From positions 127,782,001-127,846,000 of the forward strand of contig NC_043001.1 of assembly GCF_006345805.1 (NCBI RefSeq): a stretch of 64,000 nt of DNA, given 5' to 3'. The position numbers and the translations under genes are program-made. Shown piece after piece: positions 38,354 through 50,835 of this stretch (position 1 is its first letter; each line of letters opens with the position of its first letter). Origin of the DNA: Octopus sinensis (lineage: Eukaryota). The notes beneath the pieces were generated by a model. It made no database searches, had not been told where the DNA came from, and was given only the letters and a program-made list of their open reading frames with translations.

Positions 38354-40400
38354 AACACTCCTATACATACATAAACAAATAAATAAAAATAAATTTCACT
38401 GACTTCTAAATGCACAATACAAATATAGTTTACGTATCAAAGTACTGAACAGTTTATTTACTCCCATTACATTTTATCAGACAGATTATCATTTTGTGTA
38501 AATAAAACGAACGAAATACAGAAAAAAAAAGGCCAAACAACGAAACAAGAACACACAAAAAAAAGGTATAAAGTCGACAGAACAAGTTTTAAACAATATC
38601 TTGACAAGAACTGATGAAAGAATGAGAAATTAACTTTGCATATGAATTAAATGAAACTATATTTTTTAATGCAACGTGTTAAGACTAGCAAGACGACTAA
38701 ATAACCTCTATTAGAAGTCATGTTAGGTAATGACTATTTCTTTACTATTAATAAATAAGGATTTACTCAACGTGGTATGATAGTTATTACCTGTAGGCCA
38801 CCAAAGTTTTATTTGTATTATCATATTTAAGAAATCGATCAGCATTGGATTTTAGCCACATATAGAAAACACACCTAATATGCACGTTCTTGTTAAGAAA
38901 ATATATTTGAATTACTCTAAAATTATCTAATATACATTTTTGAATGAGGTCGAACACGATGTTTGGTTGTAAACAAAGCAAAAAATTATTTTCAATATTG
39001 TTTTAATAAAGGAAAATTTTAACTTCAGCAATGCTTTTTTTTTGTTTGTTTGTTTGCCACCAAATTCTCTATTTCTGTTAATAACAATTATTGTGACCAA
39101 ATGCATAATTTGTTAATATTTATACGTTAATCAGATAGTGGATCTATATATTTTTATTGAATGTTGATCAGTAATTGTTTATATCTCGATCAGATAACAC
39201 ACGCACGCATCTTCGGGGCTGCAGCCCTACTTGATCATATAAACAACGCAACGTTGTTTGTAAACATTGGAATTATCTTAAAAAGAAAAAATTCAGAATG
39301 TTTAATAAAACTGACAAAATATCAACGGTAGACCACCGAACTCCGCAACCACTCCCAAAAATGCAGGGTTGAGCTATTTAGTTTCATCCCTCTCTGTGTT
39401 TTGAGCTGGAGACCATCAGTATAAATGATATTTCCACTGAAATTTCACTAGTGAATCCACAACTTTCGATTTACTGGTTGGAACCCAGCACATCTTGGGT
39501 GTACGCCAAACATACAAAGATCGACATTATCAGTCATTCCGAGGAATAGATTCGAATCCATTTTATCAACCACAACCCTCGTCTATGTAAAATTGACTTT
39601 GAACGAAGCCCAAGAAACAAATATTCGAGCAAAGATAGGTAAATGATATAGCAGAAACGACAAAACACTGGACTAAATTTACAGTACTTAGTTCCTGAGA
39701 TTGAATCCTACAATGATCGACTGCTTTTTATTGCACTCCAAAAGATAAATAGACCAGATACTAGTGACATAGGAGCTCGATCCAACTGAATATATATTCC
39801 ATTTCCTTTCAAAATTGTTCCGCTGTCTAAGGAAAGAACCACCGTCTAACAAAAAGATTATGCCACGATAAAGGACTCCAAAGTGGTAGCTTCTGCCCTG
39901 CAGATGTCTTTTCGTATTTAGTATCTACATACAATAATTACATTGTTATGTTACCGTTTTCCAAATCCATAACATGTTTGGAAAACTGTTGCTCACGGTC
40001 CCGATACAATGCAAGCATGAAATCACTATATTCAAATTGTATTTACTATAATGTTGCATGTATATTGTGTATTATTAGTGTATACAAGCGTTCAAAGCGC
40101 ATGTCCAGTCAGTGTTGACTTTTGCTTCGGGGCCTGATAAAATGAGCTCTGATCAAGTGCTGGGATCGATGTGAAATCGACAGTTCCTTCTCCAACGTTA
40201 GTGGCCTTGTGTCATGTTTGAAATCATTGTGCATTAATACTTATAAATACAACATGGACTATAATATACTTTCTGTTGTATTTGTATACAATGACAATAA
40301 ACTGAATTGTAAAGCTAAGATGAATTTGATTATAAAAACAAAGAACATTCACATGCAAAACATAAACAGTGACACGAATATGCTTTTAGTATCAACTTAC

Positions 40401-41104
40401 CTGGCGAAACTAAAGTTATCTGCCATATCTCCACGGTTCCCATTGCTGTGTTTCTGGTAAAATCTCAGGTATACCCAGCTGACAACAATCCCCCATCCAA
40501 ACATGAATGGATACGGCCCGTCCAATGCTCCGATCAGACGTAACGCGACTGACAGCAAAAGCAGTAAGAGTGGGATGTGCGTGTTACGAAGTTTTCCAAG
40601 AGGCGATGTCACTAGAATGTGGTCAGGCATCACTTGTTTAACGGCAACAGAAAATCCGGCAATATAGCCAGGAAGACCGTGAATGTGTGTGTGAAACAAG
40701 TACATCTCTTTCCGACTCACAAAGTAGATAACAATGTAGAGGAAAGATGTAAGTAATGCCACGCCCACATTGACGACCACAAAAAAGACAAGCATGTCTA
40801 GTGTTCCCCATAAGGGTTCCAAAAGTTTACCACACAATATAAGTACGGCTACATCAATAAGAACATCCCAGAAGTGTACTTCGACAAAACAATGCGTCGC
40901 GTAGGTCCAGATCCAGAAGTTTGGAGGCATAACATATCCAGGAGTAACAGTTAAATAAGGAATAGCAGCATTAATGAACGATAACAGATAGCCTAATGTC
41001 ACAGCAACGGCAACAAATTTCACAACAATACTACTCTTTCCGAAAGCGACTGAAATTTGCTCGCGTATCAAAGGTAAATTTCTCTCCACCACGGGCGTCG
41101 CCAT
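40401..41104 (-). CDS. TMEM115: Transmembrane protein 115 (rhomboid-like fold, Golgi), coding exon 1
   Basis: ATG at 41104 (MATPVVERNL...). Motifs TPGYVMPPNFWIW, GKLLEPLWG, SWVYLRFYQ and RGDMADNFSFA match remembered human TMEM115. Exon ends AG|GTAAGT at 40401 (704 nt, phase 2). The TTG start at 41155 in the ORF track is not the likely start. Confidence 0.96.
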
Positions 41105-41160
41105 TTTGTCGTTATTTGCAACCCAAACAACTACTTCCGGTGACTTCCGGTACAATGGCC
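41097..41160 (-). promoter_or_regulatory. Probable TMEM115 core promoter / 5'UTR with tandem ETS(GABP)-type motifs and a YY1-like motif over the start codon
   Basis: ACTTCCGG at 41133-41140 and 41143-41150 (10-bp spacing). CAAAATGGCG on the minus strand overlaps the ATG. CpG-rich context. Confidence 0.55.
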
Positions 41161-41937
41161 ACTGCCAGGAATGTTTTGATTAAATTCACATCGCGAAAGA
41201 CGAATGAAAAACAAATGCGATCGCACCACTGTCACACCGAATATGTACCGTCTTGTGTCTATTTACTTAAACCGCTTTCTTGTTATTGCTTTAAGCGAAT
41301 ATAATATACTGATTAAACCTCTGTTTATCTTTGTTTTGCCGGTGGACGACGTTGTCTTTCATTTCTCCGTCGTCGATAAAAATCATTCGAAGAATAAATC
41401 AATCGGGTGTCTGTTAACAGAACTGTCGCGTCGCGTCATGTCACATAAATATAATAATATCTTAGCTATTTATACGATAGTTATGCTTTCATTTGGAAAA
41501 GAATGTATGGCATCCGTTAGCTCTACATAATCCATAATGAATCAGGAAGAAACTGAAAAGTTGTAAGCATCAGCTGTCGTACATTAATCAAGAAAGGGAA
41601 AAATATTTTTTGATTTGTCACGATGATGATTAAATCGATACGACCACAGATGTCACTTCACAAACGGCCAGAGGAGAAGAAGCGGGTGCTTGTTGACTAC
41701 ACAGAAAGGTAGTCCCACAATGACGGAGTAAGGGTCAGGGTAAGGGAGGTAAATCCAAATGTTTTCGTTTCTTACGACGTACATGATTGTGTGTGGTGGG
41801 AAGGGGGGAGGGTGAATTTAGCTGGCTTCCAAACTCCCTGTTGATTCACTGTGGAATAACAGAGAGGTAACAGGAGCCGTAAATTCTATTGGAAGGATCA
41901 TAAATAAAAAAAAATCCAGAACGAAAGCATACTAATA

Positions 41938-42106
41938 CGTAGGAGTGGGGCTGTGTGGTAAGTAGCTAGCTTGCTTACGAACCGCATGGTTCCGGGTTCA
42001 GTCCCACTGCGTGGCACCTTGGGCAAGTGTCTTCTACTATAGCCTCGGGCCGACCAAAGCCTTGTGAGTGGATTTGGTAGACGGAAACTGAAAGAAGCCT
42101 GTCGTA

Positions 42107-42179
<73 letters not shown>

Positions 42180-42400
42180 TTGTGTGTCTGTGTTTGTCCC
42201 CCTAGCATTGCTTGACAACCGATGCTCGTGTGTTTACGTCCCCGTCACTTAGCGGTTCGGCAAAAGAGACCGATAGAATAAGTACTGGGCTTACAAAAAA
42301 GAATAAGTCCCGGGGTCGAGTTGCTCGATTAAAGGCGGTGCTCCAGCATGGCCGCAGTCAAATGACTGAAACAAGTAAAAGAGTAAAAAGAGTTAAGAGT
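41938..42400 (+). mobile_element. CORE-like tRNA SINE with internal (TA)n(TG)n
   Basis: CACCTTGGGCAAGTGTCTT block and AAAAGAGT tail. Near-identical copies at ~49860-50263 and ~59390-59820. Confidence 0.88.
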
Positions 42401-42412
42401 AATAAATAATAC

Positions 42413-43105
42413 AATAAGGGTTTCACGATAAAATAAGTTTGAAAACCTCTGGTGCAGAAACACCTTAAGGCAACGTGTTGTCTTCGGATGGGCGAAACAA
42501 AATAAACACCAAAACATATAGGGTAAGTCTCCATGTGGTCGCTCACCTTGCTAGAAATAGCAGCCACATCTTTTAATCGTAATACATCGCCTTTAAATCA
42601 AAAACTATATTGGGTAACGTAGACTGATATAGAATAATCACTGATTATATTTAGCTCAGAATTGATCGGGGGTTAAATAACAACAGACTGTATCTCCTCC
42701 AAAACGATTTATTCATAGTCTATTATTATACTTGCAATATTTTATTAAGGTTCAGGCACAGTGTTGACAATTTCTTATTAATTGAATATGTGTAGGGTAA
42801 AATCTAGCGTATGTTTTGGAGGAGATACAGTCTGTTGTTATTTAATCCCTGATCAATTCTGAGCTAAATATAATCAGTGATTATTCTATATCAGTCTACG
42901 TTACCCAATATAGTTTTTGATTTAAAGGCGATGTATTACGATTAAAAGATGTGGCTGCTATTTCTAGCAAGGTGAGCGACCACATGGAGACTTACCCTAT
43001 ATGTTTTGGTGTTTATATTGTTTCGCCCATCCGAAGACAACACGTTGCCTTAAGGTGTTTCTGCACCAGAGGTTTTCAAACTTATTTTATCGTGAAACCC
43101 TTATT
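42413..43105. repeat. Long inverted repeat, 293-bp arms, 107-bp spacer
   Basis: 42413-42705 is the reverse complement of 42813-43105, with about 3 mismatches seen. Confidence 0.92.
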
Positions 43106-44179
43106 CAATTTTCCAAAAATTGTGGAATTTTGTAAGTTTTACAACCTTCACCGTCCTAACTAAATAAAATAAGAATTGGTTCAGAAAGAATATTCATTTG
43201 TAGAAAAAAAATTCTTTTGAAAATAGTGAATACAATTTCTATTTTCTTATGAAATAAAATCTTTATTAAAAGACACCTCATGTTAGGGAATTCCAGATTT
43301 TTTTCCGCAGCAGAATCCTGGGGTTTCCGGGGTCTGCTTTGGGAGAAATTTTTGTCCATTCCTTCTCTGATCAGTGGACCTTCGGAATAGTCATCAATTC
43401 CTGATGGAGAAGGGAAAGGGTAAGGAATTGGGTTGTTGTTTCCCAAATTTTTTTACATTTTTGCACCCATTTTTTTCGGTAAATTTTTACTATTACACCC
43501 ATTTCATAGGGCGGGGGCAATAGTAATTTTCTTTCAACAAACAGTAACTTACCGAAGTTCAAACTGATCATCGACCTTACCAATCTGGGAGTATTTATAA
43601 AGGCAGACTAGGGCCTTCGATTTTTTTATGTGTATGGAGTGGGATGAATTAATCAATTATATCGAACCAACCATTTCACTGGTACCGTATCTTGTCGACC
43701 CTTAAGGGAGAAAAGGCCAGGTTATCTTCAGCATGTTTTGAACTTCAAACATAAAGATCTTAAACCAATGCCGCGATGCATTTTGACCAACGCTCTTGTA
43801 ACGCGCAAAAGTGAGTGTACATCGGGGTTACTAAACGTAGTGCTAAGATGTGAAGGGCCACCATATGTAGATGGTCAATAGCGGGATGAAACAGAGTAAT
43901 AGCAACATCGAAAAGGAAAGGAATAATATTCACAATTTTATTTGCCGGCAGTGGTTAATAAAATATACATAATAGTAATTGACAATAGTAACGATGTGTC
44001 AGTGGCTCGCTGGTAGTTGGTAGTGTGTAAACTGCATTTTGCTGACGGGAAGAAAGAGTAAGGATTACGTTGTCCCTTTCCATCCGGTCGATGTTACTGC
44101 TCCCAATTTCAGTTAGGCAGAGAGCTAAGGAAGCTCCACACTCTTACGATTTCTCCTTATTCAGACATAAGGCCAGATA

Positions 44180-45533
44180 TTTTGAGGGATTTCGTTGCTA
44201 TGTCTAGCAGTTCGAGTGCCCATGTAGAGGCTCCATTCTTGTCTCACGGTAGTTATTCCAAGTCACCTCTTATCAAGTAGACGTATTTAAGGCAATCCAG
44301 TCAACACTATATCGTCTGTTTTCAAACAATGTTTCTGTGACTAAAACGGGTCCTTATCTAATGTATGTCCTTTATTCTTACGATCGTCTTGTAGATACCA
44401 GCGGGAGGCGCAATGGCCCAGTGGTTAGGGCAGCGGACTCGCGGTCATAGGATCGCGATTTCGATTCCCAGACCGGGCCTTGTGAGTGTTTATTGAGCGA
44501 AAACACCTAAAGTTCCACGAGGCTCCGGCAGGGATGGTGGTGATCCCTGCTGTACTCTTTCACCACAACTTTCTCTCATTCTTACTTCCTGTTTCTGTTG
44601 TACCTGTATTTCAAAGGGCCGGTCTTGTCACTCTCTGTGTCACGCTGAATATCCCCGAGAACTACGTTAAAGGTACACGTGTCTGTGGAGTGCTCAGCCA
44701 CTTACACGTTAATTTCACGAGCAGGCTGTTCTGTTGATTCGGATCAACCGGAACCCTCGTTGTCATAACCGACGGAGTGCTTCCAAGATACCAGAGACTC
44801 CAGTATTTGATTGGTATTTCATTTTATCGATTCCGAAACCAATCCACCACCTTTAATTGATAAATAATCAAAAGGTAGGTTGTGTTTGTGCGATATTTTT
44901 TCCTTCCATGTTAACGTTCAACACTGCCTGTGTAAAAACATACAGTGAATGAAAATACGAAGGGAAACCCTCAAACACGACTGTGCACATGCTCAGGTGA
45001 TGTACATTTTTCTTCTGGAATATTAAGTTATATTGCGGGAGATCTCAACTGATCATTAATGTAAATACAATTTGGGATCTTACCGTCTTAAGAATAAAGG
45101 ACATACATTATGTTGTTGTTATATATATATAATGTATTGAGTATTAAAGGAAGTAGTGAGTACTTAGTATGAAAGATTAAGAAAATGAGAGAGACTGAAA
45201 AAACGTGTTAACGATACGAGATACTTTATTAGACTGCCGTTGTTGTACAAGGTATTTGTTGTGGCGGGAAACTTACTGAATGTCCTTGTATCAAGGGAGA
45301 CAATGGGCAACGTTGATTGTTCATGTTTGTTGTGATGATTACATAACACATTAGATAAGGACCCGTTTTAGTCACAGAAACATTGTTTGAAAACAGACGA
45401 TATAGTGTTGACTGGATTGCCTTAAATACGTCTACTTGATAAGAGGTGACTTGGAATAACTACCACGAGACAAGAATGGAGCCTCTACATGGGCACTCGA
45501 ACTGCTAGATATAGCAACGAAATCTCTCTCAAA
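44180..45533. repeat. Inverted repeat with ~185-bp arms (44180-44364 / 45348-45533) plus a 21-bp continuation (44360-44380 / 45093-45113)
   Basis: Direct comparison of the arms; few mismatches. Confidence 0.85.
44402..44785 (+). mobile_element. OR-like tRNA SINE, tail A
   Basis: Nearly identical to 4426-4810; TSD AGATACCAG at 44393-44401 and 44786-44794. Confidence 0.88.
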
Positions 45534-46198
45534 CCACACCCCACTATCTTTAAACGGGAAGAACATAATGAATGTAGTCCTAGATGTGTCGTCAGAAAAC
45601 GTAACTGGAATAATCCGATTGTGACAGGAACGCTTCAATCACATGTCTGCTCGATTAGAGCTGATTTAGGGCAAAAAAGCTACTTGTTACTAGGTGTTTG
45701 TCTTTTTACTTTGGAAAGTTTTAAAAACTTCATTCGTCCAATAAAATCAATGCCATCTGTTACTTTTACCTATTCCATACTACTCTAACTATCTACTTAA
45801 AGCTATTTCTCTTCTAACATTGGCTTACTCTGTGTATTTGAGTGTAAAATAAAACTATATATACAAAAGCCAGTATCGATCAACATAACAGATTATGAGA
45901 TTGAGAAGAACCCATCTGGACTTCAAAAGTTTTTTAAATACTTAACGGTAATGAACAGTACATCGTTATGTCTTTTTAAAATTACTTTGGGCTAAATGCC
46001 TTGCACCATTTGTTCCAGCTCTTTATGTTTAGCGTTCAAATCCCACTGGGGTCAACTTTTCATTTCATTCCTTTGAGGGCCAGTGAAACAAAACACCAGT
46101 CAAATGCTGGAGGAGAGTGAGATAGTTGCTTCGTTCTTTCTCACCAAAATTGCTCGTCTTGTACCCAAATCAGAAATCATTGATCTTACAAACAATTA

Positions 46199-48325
46199 CA
46201 CTGGTCAACAAAATGAAACTTTTTTTTATCATCAGAGTTGCTGATTGACTTTTCTGGGTTACTTTTTGATGCTGATTACGAATCTGGAGTCCGATTTCCT
46301 CTATCAGGTCACATTTTCATGTTAATGATACCCGCTGTTTTCACTTATAGGATACGTAAAGCATGTCTATATAAATTATATTGAATACGATATACGATAA
46401 TTTCATGGCATTTTATTGTACAAAATTAAAATTATTGTGTACAAATAAGTTAGAATACACTAAAATGCATAACAACTTAAAATCTTTGGGATTTGAACTT
46501 TCTATGGTGTTTTGTATCAGGTTCATCCCTGTATAACATCCAACAGTAGTCAGCTAACATTCCTGCATTCCAAAACATTTGATATCGTTATTCCATCGAT
46601 GCAATATCTTGAGGAAAGCATTCCCCTTGCTCATCAGACACTGCTCAAAGGTTCTCTGCAAAAAAGTCCAGAAGTGAATCAAGGAGATGGACTTTTAGTG
46701 ACATCCAACAGTTCATTGCAGCGTAGGAGTCTAGAAGACATTTCACTCCATTTTTGAATTCTTGAGATCTCTTGTTGCCTGAGAAATTTTCACAGAGCCA
46801 TTTGAAGGATTCCCAGGCTTTAAGCTCAATCTCATCCAGTGCTGTGAGGAAGTGGTTGTCCTTCAGAAGTTCTTTTACCTGCATACCTATGAATATGCCC
46901 TCCTTCAGTTTTGCCTCGGTGATTTTTGGAAATTTGGCCTTCACATATTCAAAACTTTTGAGCTTTTCCTGGCAAGTGTCTTCACGAATTGTTTCATGAG
47001 GCCAAGCTTTATGTGAAGAGAGGGAAGAAGAACATTTTCTGGGTTTTAAAGTGGCTTACTCTGGACGCTAGAAACTGCTGGCTCATGTGATTTTCTCAAA
47101 GGCCACTCTGATTGCACATAGTGCTTGTTAGTTGCACAACTGTCCTATAGGCATAAAATGCAACAATATTTGGTGAACCCAGATTGCATTCTCATCAACA
47201 TTCCAATCACCTTCAAGTCTCCACATATTTTCCAGCTGTAGTTTGTATACTTTATAGCATTGAGGAGTACTTGCATGTTTTCATAACACTCTTTCACGTA
47301 CACTGAATTTCCTATGGGAATGGATGGTTTCTTATTGCCGTTGTGTAGTAGTACTGCCTTGAGGCTTCTCTTAGATGAATCAATGAATAAGCACCATTCG
47401 GCTGGAACATGCTCTTGGAACAAACAGCGAAATAACTCATCAGTGTTATTACTGAAACAAAATGGTCCATTAACAGAGAAGCATGAAGTCAGACCCCTAT
47501 TTCTCTTCCTGAAATGAGTAATACAAACATCTTTCTTAAGCAGACACTTTTCTTGTAGTCTAATAGTTCAGCTTTATCCTTCGACAATGGCAAGTCTCTC
47601 CCTAAATCATTTAACCCTCCTTGAGAAAATTTCTGTGGTACCCCTTCATTTTCAATCATGAAATCTGCACCCACTTCAGTGTCTTCGACAGCAGTAATAT
47701 TTTCTTCAGGAAATACATCTTCGTCAGACATCTGAAGGCCATTTTCTGGTGATATTGGAATAGGAAGATCATCATTGTGTGGTACTGGTCTTCTTGCTGA
47801 TTCCAAGTTGGGATGCACAATCTTATGCTTGGTTTTTACAGTAAATCCACATACATTAATGTTGCAGAAATAACAGTCAAAGAAATGATCCTTTGGCTCT
47901 CTCCATATCATAGGTATTGCAAACAGCATTGCTCTCTTCCTCTTATTTAGCCAATCCCTTAGTCCATTGGAACAAACTGAGCAGATGATGTGCAGGGCCC
48001 AACTCTTATCTTGTTCCCCGAGAGAGCATCCAAAGTATAAATTTTAGATCTTCTTGATTGCACTTGTGATGGCACATTGCTGAGCTTTGGTGGTAAATGA
48101 ACCTCAGACATGACAAAATATATCAGGACTGTTCTTGCAATGCCTTGACATAGTCAGAATTTACCTGTATAAGATATTTACGTGTAGCGATACTGCTGAT
48201 GGGAGTTATATACCTCTCTTATCTCATCAGAAAAACTGTGCCTCATAGAAGGAAACCATTTACATTTTTGAAATCTGCGGACAAAACTACATATATCCCT
48301 GATGAAAATTGGCTGTTGACCAGTA
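46199..48325 (-). mobile_element. Full-length, decayed Chapaev3-like (CMC) DNA transposon
   Basis: TIRs CACTGGTCAACA / TGTTGACCAGTA; TTA on both flanks. Pseudo-transposase 48151-46477: MSRHCKNSPDIFC, WREPKDHFFDCYFC, LFIDSSKRSLKAVLLHNGN, CGDLKV, HIKLGLMKQFVK, KLKEGIFIG, VSDEQGE and ADYCW. Superfamily assigned from memory of these motifs and termini. Confidence 0.8.
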
Positions 48326-48332
48326 TTATTAA

Positions 48333-48552
48333 CCCTTTCATTACTGTATTTATTTTGAGATGCTCTGTGTTTCTTTCAATTATTTTAAATATAACAAAGA
48401 ATTTAGTAAAATAACTTAGTTATCATCAAGCTAGTGTTAGGAACATAAATTGTGACTAAGGTTTGGTGGAAGGTTTTAACTCAAAACTTATGAAAACAAG
48501 ACATTTTACGACAGAGCCAGAGCCAGTTTTGGCCGGGCTAGTAACAAAAGGG
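48333..48552. mobile_element. piggyBac-like MITE (second family)
   Basis: TTAA|CCCTTT...AAAGGG|TTAA, directly next to the Chapaev3-like end. Confidence 0.8.
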
Positions 48553-49543
48553 TTAATCTATTTTTCAATAGCTTACTCAGTGGAGGAAAGCTGTCTGCAT
48601 GACTCTTTTATGAAGTCTCTTACAACAGAACACACTCTTAAAAACACCCAAAGGCTAGATGGTGGTGTTAAAGTGGGAGATATGTTGACCTAAGAACAGA
48701 AATGGGCTTCCATACAGTTTTCATCTAACTTTGACTGACCTAAAGTTATAACAGAATCCAGTGAGCAAAACCTTTCCTGAATCCCTACACAAGGGATTAG
48801 ACCTGAAACTATATTGCTGTGGAGCAAACTAAGTAACACAGCCCAGCCATGTTTGTACTATTCTAAACAAAACACAGTTAAAATCACAAAACCATTTCAC
48901 AAAGCACTCTTAGTTACCTAAGAAAACATTTTTCTTGTGTTGTATTTCATTTTCCTGCTTAAAAACTGATGCAGAACTGAATTAATCTCTGCTGTCTTCC
49001 ATGTTGAGTTTCCTGTTATTTAACTGAACAATCTACTCATTGAATTAGTGACTGAATTACATAAAGACACACATATCCTTAATGCAATTCTCAGACAGAA
49101 TTAATGTGATACAGTATGACAAGCCTTTTAATTGCAAATGCAATTAACAAGTTACCCTATATTTTGTCTGCCAATTTCAGTCACAAGGTTTGGGTCAACC
49201 CAACTCTGGTACATAACTTTTGCCCTATATGTCACACAGTTGCATCAAACCTGACACTTTATGCTTTTGAAGCAAACAACTTTACCATTTGGCTTTTGCT
49301 GCATCTACAATATGTAATTAAATTTTGCATTGAAAAAGACAAAAACAGGTGTAAATGAATAGATGACTAAAAATAGACTGAAAAGTGTAACAGAAAATAG
49401 AGGGAGAAATGAAATAAATCGACAATGAAAATGGCTGTAGTTCACATTAGAGTAATAGAAAAGAAAAACAGATGTGTTTGACTTATTTCTTATACATACA
49501 CAAACAAGCATACATATGTGATATATACACTTATACGCACAAC

Positions 49544-49801
49544 CAGGGCCAGATTAAGACCCAGAGAGATCCTAAGCACTTAAAAGATTTTGGTACTCCC
49601 GTATATTTGCAATTCAAAATATGTAAAAAATAAACCATGAAATAGATTTTTTCCATTCGTATAAACCACTTCAAATATTATTTTAGCAAGTTCTAAGTGA
49701 TTTCTTTTGTGCTGTAAACCATCTACCATTTCTCTGGTGCCTCCATTTCCCTTGATGCCCTAAGAACATGCTTATTTTTCTTCATAGTTAATCTAGCACA
49801 G
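49544..49801. mobile_element. hAT-type MITE
   Basis: CAGGGCCAGATTAA / TTAATCTAGCACAG; 8-bp TSD CGCACAAC / TGCACAAC. Confidence 0.7.
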
Positions 49802-50835
49802 TGCACAACATTCATACACACAAGCAGCATTGGGAAAAAGTAAAATATTGAAGAGATTAGCGCAGGAGTGGCTCTGTGGTAAGTAGCTTGCCTACCAACC
49901 ACATGGTACCGGGTTCAGTTCCACTGCGTGGCACCTTGGGCAAGTGTATTCTACTATAGCCCCAGGCCGACCAATGCCTTGTGAGTGGATTTGGTAGACG
50001 GAAACTGAAAGAAGCCTGTCGTATATATGTATATATATATGTATGTGTATGTGTATTTGTGTGTCTGTGTTTGTCCCCCTAGCATTGCTTGACAACCGAT
50101 GCTGGTGTGTTTATATTCCCGTAACTTAGCGGTTCGGCAAAAGAGACCGATAAAATAAGTACTGGGCTTACAAAGAATAAGTCCCGGGGTGGATTTGCTC
50201 GACTAAAGGCGGTGCTCCAGCATGGCCGCAGTCAAATGACTGAAACAAGTAAAAGAGTAAAGAGATTAACATATAAAAAAGTAGTATATGTACACAAAAG
50301 CATTACAACATTTGCAGGTTAACATATAATGGCTGTCAGATTAAGATGCTATGGTTGCTTTGAAATTGCATGGTTTCAGATTCAGTCCCACTTTACAAGT
50401 CTTCTTCAACAAAGCGTCTTATTCAAGAACCTCAGGTTGATTAGAACCTTGTGAGTGAAATTTGCTTGATAGAAATTGAGTGGAAATCTATTGAAAAGGA
50501 TTTTTCAAGTTCTCAGTTGGTAGATTTAATCTATCACCTAGTTGAAAACCACCATTTGACACTTAGGTACTTTTAATGAAGGTCACTCTGTTGAAAACAT
50601 TCAAGCCTGGTTACCAGTTTGACGATTCTTTTTTCTCATCATCCACCCAAACTGATATATCTTTGTCATTCAATGATGAGGATTCTGTTGTTTGATCAAC
50701 TAAATTACCTGCTCCTGAATTAATGTGCTAACGTCTGAACATTTTACAGGCACATATATTCTTCATGTAATACTCAGGCATAATCAGCATGACACAATGT
50801 ATGACAAGATTGTACCTTTTGAATTTACGTATATA

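Noticed and set aside
38601-38640. CTGATGA motif as a further hammerhead or box C candidate
   Set aside because: No stem II/GAAA arrangement or flanking stems. Other CTGATGA hits checked (e.g. 57152 and those in the transposase) also fail.
41204-41530. 108-aa plus-strand ORF next to the promoter
   Set aside because: No recognisable domain and AT-rich non-coding-like composition; treated only as possible UTR of a divergent transcript.
50550-50730. Short open frames resembling exons on either strand (e.g. minus HINSGAGNLVDQTTESS...)
   Set aside because: Weak splice sites, no recognisable homology, and no partner exons.
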